Of a stretch of 64,000 bases of DNA, positions 8,860 through 18,389 are shown piece after piece (within the stretch, counting starts at the first letter, position 1; every line of letters begins with the position of its first letter). Made by a program: the position numbers and the translations under genes. Source of the stretch: Candidatus Bathyarchaeum tardum. GTDB taxonomy: Archaea > Thermoproteota > Bathyarchaeia > Bathyarchaeales > Bathyarchaeaceae. Below the pieces are notes generated by a model. The model saw only the letters and a program-made list of their open reading frames with translations, ran no database searches and was not told the DNA's origin. The stretch spans positions 1,024,001 through 1,088,000 of the forward strand of contig CP122380.1 of NCBI GenBank assembly GCA_024650005.2. The letters are read 5' to 3'.

Positions 8860-10371
8860 TTGCAAAGATGTGCTGTTTGTGGAAAAGCGGTGGATTTACC
8901 TTTCAAGTGCAAATATTGTGGTTTGCGTTATTGTGATGAACACCGTTTACCCGAAAGCCACAATTGTGTATATCAACTCAAAAAATCGCCCGAGCCCCCA
9001 AATCAAGAATATAATCTTGATGTGTGCGTTGAATGCAAAACTAAACTGAATGACAGCACAACAAAACCAGTTACACCCTGTCCACATTGCGGACGGAATA
9101 TGTGTAGTTATCATCTACATCCAACACTTGCAAGCATTCCAAATCTCAAATATCAGTCAAAGGAACAGAAAGCAATAGCTGAACAACAAAAGTTAAATCA
9201 CAAAGGTAAAGGTGGACATCCATGCTTTCCGTACACAAGAGACTTTTGGCAAAAATATGACAAGCAATATGAATATAAAATGCCATACCAAAAAAGGAGC
9301 CCGTTCCCAAAAAGGCACCCGCAATCAAAACCATATTCAAAACCCAAAACAGCAAAATCTTCTAACAAAAAATGGACAATAATAGCAATAATTATTGTTG
9401 TATTTTTGGTAGTGGGTAGTTATTATTTAATACAAAATCCAAATTTTTTGGCTGACTTAACTGACCTAAACAAAAATGATACTTCAAATACTGAATCGGT
9501 TTTGCCCGAATTACCAAATTCTGATTCAAGCAACATACCACCTCCTGAAACCGTCAATTCCGACACACAAAGTAACACCAACACAATTACACACCAAGAA
9601 TTGGAGATAAACCCAAAAAATTTAAGTTTAAAATACCTTCTGTACGGTGAAACTAACCAACTTTCATTTACTGTTTTTGATGGTGTAAATGAATATTTAT
9701 CAGAAATTCCACGCACTATATCCTACTTTTTTTGGGAAACAGAACCAACTAAAAAAGACTTTGTCATGAAATTTTTGAATGATGACGTTCAAATGGATTA
9801 TCTGATTGATTTGGTAGATGAAATCAAATCAGAAACATCCAGTAAAGATGACCAAGCAAGGATTGCTATTAGTCTAGTTCAGCAAATTCCTTATGATTGG
9901 GGAGGATTAAGTTCTGTAAATTCAGAAAATAGATACCCCTATGAAGTTATATCTGATGAAATGGGGGTTTGTGAAGAAAAATCACGGTTACTTGTTTTTC
10001 TGTTGAGAGAATTAGGATTTGATACTGTTCTATTCAATTTTGAGTCAGAAAATCATATGGCGGTTGGAATAAAATGTTCATTTCAATATTGCTTCAAAGA
10101 TACAGGATATTGTTTTGTTGAAACAACAAGCCCGTCAATAATAACTTATGACCAAGCAGAATATGTTGGGGTTGGAAAACTAACATCAACTCCTGAAATT
10201 ATTCATGTGAGTGAGGGTTTTTCATTTGATAGCGTATCTGAGGAATATAATGATGCTCAAGAATGGATACGACTAAATAATTTAGCATCACCAACAGGTT
10301 ATCTAAGTGAAAATGATTATAACAATTGGTGGTCGCTGATCAATAAATATGGTATTAATGTTTCAGATTAA
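8860..10371 (+). CDS. AN1-type zinc finger, membrane-anchored transglutaminase-like protein
   Basis: CAVC..PFKCKYC..YCDEHRLPESHNC at likely TTG start 8860; second Cys/His cluster; one TM; GVCEEKS, NHMAVGI, VETT. Confidence 0.8.
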   Translation: MQRCAVCGKAVDLPFKCKYCGLRYCDEHRLPESHNCVYQLKKSPEPPNQEYNLDVCVECKTKLNDSTTKPVTPCPHCGRNMCSYHLHPTLASIPNLKYQSKEQKAIAEQQKLNHKGKGGHPCFPYTRDFWQKYDKQYEYKMPYQKRSPFPKRHPQSKPYSKPKTAKSSNKKWTIIAIIIVVFLVVGSYYLIQNPNFLADLTDLNKNDTSNTESVLPELPNSDSSNIPPPETVNSDTQSNTNTITHQELEINPKNLSLKYLLYGETNQLSFTVFDGVNEYLSEIPRTISYFFWETEPTKKDFVMKFLNDDVQMDYLIDLVDEIKSETSSKDDQARIAISLVQQIPYDWGGLSSVNSENRYPYEVISDEMGVCEEKSRLLVFLLRELGFDTVLFNFESENHMAVGIKCSFQYCFKDTGYCFVETTSPSIITYDQAEYVGVGKLTSTPEIIHVSEGFSFDSVSEEYNDAQEWIRLNNLASPTGYLSENDYNNWWSLINKYGINVSD

Positions 10372-10477
10372 CTAACATTTAATCTTCTTTTAAAAAAGGG
10401 GCATTTTGCGGAAAAACGTGGCGATATATCCAGCGCTTGGGAAACAACAATTTCCAATAAAATCCGCTAAAAATTAC

Positions 10478-10678
10478 TTATCTTCTTGCAAGGAGAATGA
10501 ATAAAACTAGAGCCATTGCTCCTACAATAATCAATATTAAATATCCAAGTTGTCCAAGTGTCTGAAAAACAGCAATTACAAGCCATCCACCAAAAATAAC
10601 AGCCAATATTGTTGCAATTAATCCTAATACAATTGCTGAACCACAATTATTTTTAATCAAAAAAATTGTCACCTTCAT
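10478..10678 (-). CDS. Small two-helix membrane protein
   Basis: Two hydrophobic helices and basic C-terminus; start uncertain. Confidence 0.5.
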   Translation of the reverse strand: MKVTIFLIKNNCGSAIVLGLIATILAVIFGGWLVIAVFQTLGQLGYLILIIVGAMALVLFILLARR

Positions 10679-10810
10679 ATTAATAACAGAAAAATCCTTT
10701 ATTTAAGCTAAATTAAATTTTTGGCTCAAAAAGTTTAGTAAAAAAGGTAAGTGTTTCCATACATCCGTATTTTACAAATATTTAACATCTCACAAAATTT
10801 TTCAGTTTAA

Positions 10811-10930
10811 TTACTGGCTTAGATATTCTTTGCGATTCCAGCATTTATCCCTCCATTTTGTGTTCATGGTTCAGCAATACCGACAACGGATTTTATCTGG
10901 TTCGTAAGTTCGGGGTTGAGTAAACACCAA
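10811..10930 (-). pseudogene. Degenerate zinc-ribbon microprotein
   Basis: GGTGGTGA RBS then MVFTQPRTYEPDKIRCRYC*TMNTKWRDKCWNRKEYLSQ*; internal TGA and second knuckle CWNR. Confidence 0.55.
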
Positions 10931-11106
10931 ATTAGATCACCACCCGAAAACAAAATTCAAAAAAAGGGGGAATGTTGCAAGAAAACAATTGGCGATGTAT
11001 CCACGAACTTAACAAACTTTAATTAACTCTTTCACATTTTCTCGGATTATCGTAAAGGTTATGAATCCCTTTTCAAGCATCATAAAAGGAACTGGAGAGA
11101 AATCAG

Positions 11107-12459
11107 TTGAACAAATTTGACGTTATAGTTGTTGGGGCTGGAACCGGGGGATGTTTAACAGCCAAAACTCTTGCAAACGCAGGCCTAACGGTATGTATGA
11201 TAGATCGCAAAGAAGAAAAAAACATAGGCGACAAGGTCTGTGGAGACGCAATCGGCAAACATCATTTTGATAACATAGGAATTGCTTATCCTTCGGGAGC
11301 AGAACTTGACCAAGTAATCGAAGGCATAAAAGTTTACTCACCTGACCTAGAAACAGAAGTAAACGTCAAAGGCGAAGGCGTCCATGGATACCTAGTTAAC
11401 CGTTTACTTTTTGGTCAAAGACTGGTAAAAGAAACAAAAGAAAGTGGCGTGACCCTGATGGATCAGACAGTTGTCATTGATCCCATCGTAGAAAACAATT
11501 ACGTGGTTGGAGTTTCAGCAAAAAACCTCAAAACTGACCAAAAAATGGAAATACGCGCCAAAGTTGTTGTCGACGCAAGTGGACATGCAGCTGTTCTACG
11601 CAAAAAACTTCCTGCAGAATTTGGCATAGAAAACGACATTAAAGACGAAGATATAGAAATTTGTTACCGGGAAATTAGAGAAATAAAAGAGCCAATTGCA
11701 GACCCTGGGTTCTGTAAAATTTACCTTGACTTGAATAAGGTTCCAGGTGGATATTACTGGGTTTTCCCTAAAAGCCCAACTACAATTAACGTGGGCCTGG
11801 GCGTAGCCATGAAAGAAGGGTTCCTAAATCCCAAAGACCTTTACAATGATGTGATTTCATCAATGCCCCTGTTTAACGACTCAAAAGTCTTAACAGGTGG
11901 TGGAGGTCTGGTTCCAACCCGAAGTCCAATAAGCCCAATGGTTGGAAACGGAATAATCATTATCGGCGACGCAGCATGCCAAGTTAACCCCATCCACGGA
12001 GGTGGAATTGGTTCATCAATGATGGGGGGCGTCAAAGCAGCAGAAGTCATAATCGAAGCGTTAGAAAAAGGTGACGTGAGCCGCGAACAAATGTGGCCTT
12101 ACACTGGCATGTTCATGGTAGCATATGGCGCCAAACAAGCAGGACTTGACTTGTTCCGTTTGTTTCTTCAAAGTTTAACTAACGAAGAAATGAACTACGG
12201 AATGAGCCACCACCTAATCACTGACGATGATTTGCTCAAAGCCAGCATGGGTGAAGATTTAAAACTTAACATAACTGAAAAAACAAGCAGGCTCTTTAAG
12301 GGACTTGGATGTTTATCGCTTTTGATGAAATTGAATTCTACCGCTAAACTCATGAAAGAAGTTAAACATCTTTACAGGAACTACCCTGATTCCCCGGACG
12401 GCTTAGCAGAATGGCAATCCAAAGTTAATCAGGTGTTCGAAAAAGCAAAGAACCTGTAA
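11107..12459 (+). CDS. Geranylgeranyl reductase family protein (digeranylgeranylglycerophospholipid reductase-like)
   Basis: VIVVGAGTGG FAD site, KVCGDA, GGYYWVFPK, GDAACQVNPIHGGGI. Confidence 0.93.
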   Translation: MNKFDVIVVGAGTGGCLTAKTLANAGLTVCMIDRKEEKNIGDKVCGDAIGKHHFDNIGIAYPSGAELDQVIEGIKVYSPDLETEVNVKGEGVHGYLVNRLLFGQRLVKETKESGVTLMDQTVVIDPIVENNYVVGVSAKNLKTDQKMEIRAKVVVDASGHAAVLRKKLPAEFGIENDIKDEDIEICYREIREIKEPIADPGFCKIYLDLNKVPGGYYWVFPKSPTTINVGLGVAMKEGFLNPKDLYNDVISSMPLFNDSKVLTGGGGLVPTRSPISPMVGNGIIIIGDAACQVNPIHGGGIGSSMMGGVKAAEVIIEALEKGDVSREQMWPYTGMFMVAYGAKQAGLDLFRLFLQSLTNEEMNYGMSHHLITDDDLLKASMGEDLKLNITEKTSRLFKGLGCLSLLMKLNSTAKLMKEVKHLYRNYPDSPDGLAEWQSKVNQVFEKAKNL

Positions 12460-12484
12460 AATTCCCATTTTTGGATGAATAGAA

Positions 12485-13159
12485 ATGCAATTAGCAGCAC
12501 TAGTCAGTGGTGGAAAGGATTCAGTCTTAGCTCTTTACAAAGCTCAACAGATGGGACACGAAATCAAAGTTCTGGGCACAATGGTTCCCAAACGTTCAGA
12601 CAGTTACATGTTTCATTATCCAAACATCCACATTACTGATTATCTTGCTGAAGCATTAGAAATTCCGTTGGTTAAAGCAAAAACTTCTGGAATAAAAGAA
12701 AAAGAACTAGAAGACCTCAAAAAACTAATTGCATCCCTTGACGTGGACGGTCTGGTGACGGGTGCAATTGCCTCAGTTTATCAGAAAAAAAGAATTGACA
12801 ACATATGTGACGAGTTGGGGTTAAAATCCATTGCTCCGCTGTGGCACCAAGAACCGTTAGGTTTGATGAATGAACTAGTTTCTCTCAGATTCAAAGTCAT
12901 AATTGTAGGCGTGTCAGCTCAAGGTTTAGACCAAACATGGCTGGGACAAGAAATCAACCAAGAAACACTGCAAAAGTTTGTGGAACTAAACAAAAAATAC
13001 CAAATCTCTTTGGTAGGCGAAGGCGGTGAATACGAGTCATTAGTTTTGGATGGTCCTATTTACAAAAAAAGTATCGAAATAGTAGAAAGTGAAATCGACT
13101 ATAAAAATGACAGCGGCGTTTTAATAATAAAAAAAGCAAAACTAGTAGATAAATCCTGA
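12485..13159 (+). CDS. dph6: Diphthine--ammonia ligase (PP-loop ATPase)
   Basis: SGGKDS, SYMFH, APLW, GEGGEYESLVLD. Confidence 0.9.
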   Translation: MQLAALVSGGKDSVLALYKAQQMGHEIKVLGTMVPKRSDSYMFHYPNIHITDYLAEALEIPLVKAKTSGIKEKELEDLKKLIASLDVDGLVTGAIASVYQKKRIDNICDELGLKSIAPLWHQEPLGLMNELVSLRFKVIIVGVSAQGLDQTWLGQEINQETLQKFVELNKKYQISLVGEGGEYESLVLDGPIYKKSIEIVESEIDYKNDSGVLIIKKAKLVDKS

Positions 13160-13254
13160 AAAGGTTTATTAACTGTTTGTTGTTTGTTGCTAGTTGTTCC
13201 GATGGGATGTGACCCAATTTTGGGTTGAACCGAAAGAATGTGAGGAATAAAAAA

Positions 13255-13827
13255 ATGGCATACAATTATATTGCAGAGGCTTGGAAAAATCCCGATAAAA
13301 CCTATGTGAAAGAGTTAATGTGGCAAAGAGCCATAACTTGGCGTAAAGAACACGCTATTATAAGAATTGAAAGACCAACCAGACTAGATCGTGCACGAAA
13401 CCTTGGATACAAAGCCAAACAAGGAATAATTATGGCTAGAGTCAGGGTTAGACGCTCTGGTTTTCGAAAAACACGACCAACTGGTGGTCGCCGACAAAAA
13501 CGTTTGGGTGTAAACAAATTTAAAGTCGGCAAAAACATGCGACTAATAGCCGAAGAACGTGCTGCAAGAAAATTCCCTAATCTAGAAGTATTGAATTCTT
13601 ATTGGGTCTGGGAAGATGGGCGCTTCAAATGGTACGAAGTAATCATGGTTGACCCCGTTGTTTTGCCTGATCATCCAATATCAAGTCAAACACGACGTGT
13701 GTTCCGTGGATTAACTAGCGCAGGTAAACAAGCTCGTGGGCTTCATAACCGTGGACGAGGCGCAGAAAAAGTCCGACCTAGCAAAAAAGCTATTCTGCGA
13801 ATCAGAAACAAGCATCCCCGTAAATAA
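13255..13827 (+). CDS. rpl15e: 50S ribosomal protein L15e
   Basis: [36 protein letters not shown]; ATG 13255. Confidence 0.97.
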   Translation: MAYNYIAEAWKNPDKTYVKELMWQRAITWRKEHAIIRIERPTRLDRARNLGYKAKQGIIMARVRVRRSGFRKTRPTGGRRQKRLGVNKFKVGKNMRLIAEERAARKFPNLEVLNSYWVWEDGRFKWYEVIMVDPVVLPDHPISSQTRRVFRGLTSAGKQARGLHNRGRGAEKVRPSKKAILRIRNKHPRK

Positions 13828-13945
13828 ACCCGTTTGGGGCTTCCTTTTTGTGGAATCCCCAAATCATATTTTTTATTTTTTTAAGTATCACTTGACATAT
13901 TTATATCAAGTAATGTTATAGGTTTGTATGCGAGAGTGAACATGT

Positions 13946-14392
13946 TTGCCTCAGTTTCCAGTAGCTTATGTTGATGTTCGATTTTGTGCCCACGCCACTG
14001 AAGATGTTGAAAAAGTTATGAAGGCAGTTAGAAACGTTTTGTCAATCAAGAACGAAGAAGATGAAATAGCATTCAATAAAGACAGCCTAGAAGGTCATTA
14101 TGGTAATCCTATTGTTTTTTTTGACGCAAGAATCAAAAACAAAATCGCTATAAAGGCACTAGTTGGTAACCTGTCTGAAAACCTTAGTTCATTTGATAAA
14201 GTTGAATTAAGTTCAACACTGGACCGTTGCTTTGAAAAAGGAAGCATTTACCTGCGAGTGGACAAACAAGCAGCCTTGCAAGGTAAAATTAAACTTGTAG
14301 CCTGTGACCCGATTCGTATTCGTTTGCGTTTCAGAAAAACCAAGCTAGAAGATGTAACTCAAGTCTGTAAAGAAATCGGGATGTTAACATGA
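13946..14392 (+). CDS. Predicted RNA-binding protein of exosome/RNase P superoperon (COG1325)
   Basis: HATED.EKV, EGHYGNPI, YLRVDKQAA; conserved context. Confidence 0.88.
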   Translation: MPQFPVAYVDVRFCAHATEDVEKVMKAVRNVLSIKNEEDEIAFNKDSLEGHYGNPIVFFDARIKNKIAIKALVGNLSENLSSFDKVELSSTLDRCFEKGSIYLRVDKQAALQGKIKLVACDPIRIRLRFRKTKLEDVTQVCKEIGMLT

Positions 14393-15120
14393 AATTTTTT
14401 GCTGATTTGCAGTTACGTGTTCCTCTTAACGATCCTGTTCAAACAAAAAAAATGGTACAAAAAGCTGCACATTTAGGCTACCAAATGTTAGGAATTCCTG
14501 TTCCAGAAAATGCTACCTCGCAACTAATTAGCAACCTCAAAAACATTTGTGCCTCAGCAGATGTTGACTTTGTTTCAAGAGTGAATCTTTCTCCCAGTAA
14601 CTCCAATTCACTTCTCAAAGACTTGCGAAAATACCGAAGAAAATTCGAAATCATATCAGTGAGATGCAACACAAAAGATGTTGCCCGCCAAGCTGCCAAA
14701 GACCGACGAGTAGACCTTTTACAGTTTTCAGTAACCAATATGCGACAAAGGTTTTTTGACAACCAAGAAGCAGAACTTGCCGGAACTGCCCTTTCAGCTC
14801 TTGAAATTGAGTTAGCTCCAATTCTGCAGTTGACGCCCTTGTCTCGGATTTATCTTTTGTCTCGTCTGCGAAAAGAAATTGGAACAGCAAAACGAAGCAA
14901 AGTCCCTGTAATACTATCTAGTGCTGCAACAACTGAACACCTGATGAGAGGACCTTACGATAATGCCGCAGTTACAACCCTTTTTGATTTTTCTGTAGAA
15001 TCTGCGTTGAAGGCATTATCATCAAATGCATTGTTTATCGTTGAACGAAACAGAAAAAAATTGAGCCCTACTTATGTAGCCCCTGGAATACAGGTTCTAG
15101 GACTGAAAAACTGTGATTAA
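14389..15120 (+). CDS. rnp3: Ribonuclease P protein Rpp30
   Basis: PHP-like barrel, RVDLL, PVILSSAA...LMRGP; context. Confidence 0.88.
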   Translation: MKFFADLQLRVPLNDPVQTKKMVQKAAHLGYQMLGIPVPENATSQLISNLKNICASADVDFVSRVNLSPSNSNSLLKDLRKYRRKFEIISVRCNTKDVARQAAKDRRVDLLQFSVTNMRQRFFDNQEAELAGTALSALEIELAPILQLTPLSRIYLLSRLRKEIGTAKRSKVPVILSSAATTEHLMRGPYDNAAVTTLFDFSVESALKALSSNALFIVERNRKKLSPTYVAPGIQVLGLKNCD

Positions 15121-15427
15121 ACGAGAAAAACGTCGCTATTTAGCATTACAAGTTTCAAGTGACCAAAATTTTGAAGAATTTACAGTTTTTAATGCTGTTA
15201 AAAATTCAGTTCTTAGACTTTTTGGAGAATATGGCTCCAGCAAAGCTAATCTAAAACAGCTCAAATATTTTCCCGGAAAAAACCAAATAATTATTCGATG
15301 CTCCCATACAATGCTTGAACAAGTTCGAGCCGCTGTAGCAACAATTATTGAAATAAATGGAAAAACAGCAGCTGTACACGTTAAAGCTGTATCTGGAACT
15401 TTGAAGTCTTTGTCAAAAAAGATATAG
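15113..15427 (+). CDS. rnp2: Ribonuclease P protein Pop5
   Basis: REKRRYL, LFGEYG, IIRC, VSGTLK. Confidence 0.93.
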   Translation: MIKREKRRYLALQVSSDQNFEEFTVFNAVKNSVLRLFGEYGSSKANLKQLKYFPGKNQIIIRCSHTMLEQVRAAVATIIEINGKTAAVHVKAVSGTLKSLSKKI

Positions 15428-15448
15428 AAAAAAAGAATTTTTTATTTA

Positions 15449-18199
15449 TTATGGGTTCTCGATTGTTCGAGTGTTGTATTCATCTATGTAGTTTTGGTTT
15501 TCTATGGTATATGGGTAACTTTCTAGCTCCATGTCATATGGGAAGCAGCTCATTTCGTGGAATGGCAATGGGTCAACGGTAAAATCAACGTAGAATAATC
15601 CGTCAACTTTGAACCATACGCTTGCAAACAGGAAATAATCCCGTTCCATGCCTTCTGGAACTTCAGGCAAGTCATCTACAGAATAATGAAGAACGATTTG
15701 GTCGCCTTGGCGCATTATTACGAATTGGTTGTCGGGGTTATGAAGCAGTTCGGTTACTTCTCCATATCTTGTGAAGTTTCCTGTTGAATTGGAGTTTGTA
15801 GCAAATGCTTGAGTTAAATTAGCAAAATAAACTGGTAATTCGCCAACGATTATCTCTTGTTGTGCTGTTGTGTCAACTGCTATGTAATCAAATTCCGTGT
15901 TGAAGAATGTGTGTATTCTAAGGGCGTAATCTCCTGGCTGGAAAAGTCCTGTTAGGTTTATGGCAAAACAGTCTGGAGTAACATCTAACAACGGGAATTG
16001 TCGATTGTCTGGAACCGGAACCCAATTGCCTTTTGCATCTCTTACTTCCATGTATGGCGGAGGAAACGGTCGTTCACCGGGTTGGTTAAAGAATTGTCCC
16101 GCCCATTCTCCTTGTTCTTCTCCTGTGGAGTAAATGATTGTTCCTGCTACTAACAGTTTGATTTGTTCTGCCTCAGACAAATCTCCTAAATTTAATTCCA
16201 AAGTGTCCCAAGTGAATTCGTTGCCTTTTGTAGTGATTCCATCTCGTTCTGAAACTAAATGCAGCACATTGTGTCCTGTTGAGTTAACGCAAGAAACGGG
16301 CGAAGATGGGTTATTGCTTACGGTGTAGATTGTTCCTTGTTCGTCAAGGTCATATAGATATGTGGCTTTAGTTGAAAACACATCGAATTCTACTGGGTGG
16401 TCAACGTAAACCAAAGTTGCAGAGTCTATGTATGAAATTTCATCCCATTTTTGAATGAGAGTCATATCGTAGAAACCGTTTCGAGGTTCCATTCGGCTGG
16501 CATTTAGTTTAGTATAATCCCAAGGAACACTATACAGGAACAATAAACTTCCATCTTCTTGGAAGTAATCAAAGATGCCAAGATAGCCTGTTCCGTCGGA
16601 TATTTCTGCGGTGTACCAATATTCTTCCCCATTCCAAACATACAAGGAAGGACAAGACTTACAATTCAGATAAGTTGCAGTAAGGGAAACACGATTATTT
16701 AACTCAATAGTTCGGGTAAGACTTGTTGGGCCATCATTCCAACGGGTCCAATTCCACCAAGTGCCTCCCCCTTCAAAACCATCAGGCAATTCAACGATGT
16801 AAGTTCCTTCAGGCAATAATCTTTGATAAGGTGCAGCATAAGTTTCGCCATCTATAGTAAACTCCATTCCAATGGCGTTAACTGAAACAGAAAAGGTATG
16901 GAATCCATCAGGAACAACCTGATAATATCCCGATAAAAAGTTAGTTTGATTTCCCATGTTTACTAGCTGAACCCTGTATCCATCGGGTTTTCCATCATCA
17001 CGGCTGTACGACACAGTGATTGGAACCTCAATTGGAACGTCTGTTGCACCTGAATCTAATGTGAATGTTTTAGTAGTTACAACAACGTCACCAACAAAAA
17101 CCCTTAACTGCAGAGTAGCTTGCTCATTGGCGAAATTATCTGCTTTGGCTTTGACTGTTACAGTTTGTCCGTCCCAAAGCTCGTATGGCGCCACACTTAA
17201 ACTGCGTATAAAAACATCGGCAGATGCAGAAACCGATTGTTCTACAACAAAAATTCCCGACAGGTGGTCTATCTCAACGGTATGTGTCCCAGCTGCGGTT
17301 TCAGTAATTTCAAATTCAACAACTTTGCTTGCAGCTCCAGACAAAGTAACAGTTTTTGTTTCAATTGTTGTGCCGTCAACTGTTAGATTCACATCATAAC
17401 TGCCGCTGCTTTCACCAACATTGGTTACCGTAACTGAAACAGTGACGCTTTCATCATCTAATACTGATGTTGGGTTAATCGTCAAATCAGTGAATTTAAA
17501 CTCAGCCTGTGTAGCAGCTTGGGCGCCAGCAGAAACCCTATACGCTGTGGTTAAGTCACCTGCCTTAACGACATGCTCTCCTTCAATGTCACGGGTGACA
17601 TCAAAAAACACAGTTGTGGTTTCGGTTCCATCTAATTGGATGTTTTGAGTTTCTTGTTTTACATCATTTACGAATAATTCTACTGAAAAATCACCCAGTA
17701 AATCACCAACATTTTTTGCAGTAACAGAAACTGTGATTGTTTCTCCAATGGCAGCCTCAGGGCGACTTACTTTTAGGGCAGACAATTTAAGTTCAGCTGG
17801 CCTTACAGGTTTTTCTAATGTAACCCGGATTGACCCCGTTAAATCATTAACAGTAACTGTGTGATTTCCAATTTCTAATTCTGTGGCTAAGAAAAAAATT
17901 GTTTCAGTTTCTGACGCTGAAAGAGAAACAGTTTCAGTTCCTATTACAACTTCACCAATAGTTAGACGTACTGTATGATTACCTGCTTTGTCTCCAACGT
18001 TAGCTACATCCACTGAGATTTCTACTGGAGTGCCTACTTGAACCCAGTTATAATCAAAATCAAGATTAGTCACCTGAAATTTGGCGGGTTTTGGGATTAA
18101 TGAATCTACGTAGACGTAACTGGGAACTGCAACTGCTAAAATTACCAAAGTTGCAACAAAAATAATTTTTAATTTATTCCGGGTTGACCGAGGAGACAC
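15449..18199 (-). CDS. Membrane-anchored CARDB/Ig-repeat surface protein with large C-terminal SCPxLY domain
   Basis: N-terminal TM; 3-4 repeats of V.V.NVG...G...V.L; C-terminal region SCPSLYVWNG...RDYFL...PLPFHEMS.FPY...YNTR. Confidence 0.8.
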   Translation of the reverse strand: MSPRSTRNKLKIIFVATLVILAVAVPSYVYVDSLIPKPAKFQVTNLDFDYNWVQVGTPVEISVDVANVGDKAGNHTVRLTIGEVVIGTETVSLSASETETIFFLATELEIGNHTVTVNDLTGSIRVTLEKPVRPAELKLSALKVSRPEAAIGETITVSVTAKNVGDLLGDFSVELFVNDVKQETQNIQLDGTETTTVFFDVTRDIEGEHVVKAGDLTTAYRVSAGAQAATQAEFKFTDLTINPTSVLDDESVTVSVTVTNVGESSGSYDVNLTVDGTTIETKTVTLSGAASKVVEFEITETAAGTHTVEIDHLSGIFVVEQSVSASADVFIRSLSVAPYELWDGQTVTVKAKADNFANEQATLQLRVFVGDVVVTTKTFTLDSGATDVPIEVPITVSYSRDDGKPDGYRVQLVNMGNQTNFLSGYYQVVPDGFHTFSVSVNAIGMEFTIDGETYAAPYQRLLPEGTYIVELPDGFEGGGTWWNWTRWNDGPTSLTRTIELNNRVSLTATYLNCKSCPSLYVWNGEEYWYTAEISDGTGYLGIFDYFQEDGSLLFLYSVPWDYTKLNASRMEPRNGFYDMTLIQKWDEISYIDSATLVYVDHPVEFDVFSTKATYLYDLDEQGTIYTVSNNPSSPVSCVNSTGHNVLHLVSERDGITTKGNEFTWDTLELNLGDLSEAEQIKLLVAGTIIYSTGEEQGEWAGQFFNQPGERPFPPPYMEVRDAKGNWVPVPDNRQFPLLDVTPDCFAINLTGLFQPGDYALRIHTFFNTEFDYIAVDTTAQQEIIVGELPVYFANLTQAFATNSNSTGNFTRYGEVTELLHNPDNQFVIMRQGDQIVLHYSVDDLPEVPEGMERDYFLFASVWFKVDGLFYVDFTVDPLPFHEMSCFPYDMELESYPYTIENQNYIDEYNTRTIENP

Positions 18200-18212
18200 A
18201 GCACCAACTCAC

Positions 18213-18233
18213 AAGAATGAAATGTTCATTCTT
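18213..18233. promoter_or_regulatory. Perfect inverted repeat, putative operator of the CARDB gene
   Basis: AAGAATGAA-ATG-TTCATTCTT lies between a minus-strand TTAAATA (18241-18247) and the start codon. Confidence 0.55.
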
Positions 18234-18348
18234 ACTTCAATATTTAAGACCTTCGTAACATAGTTGTTTAAATCAAAAATTGTCAAATTAACATAGAATT
18301 GACCTAAAACTAATTTTGTAGACACGAAAAAATTAGATCAAAACTAAA

Positions 18349-18381
18349 TTAAAAAAGAAAAAGGGTTGCGCCCTTAGGCGC
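18349..18381 (-). terminator. amt terminator
   Basis: GCGCC/GGCGC hairpin followed on the minus strand by a T-rich tract. Confidence 0.6.
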
Positions 18382-18389
18382 TATGAAGT

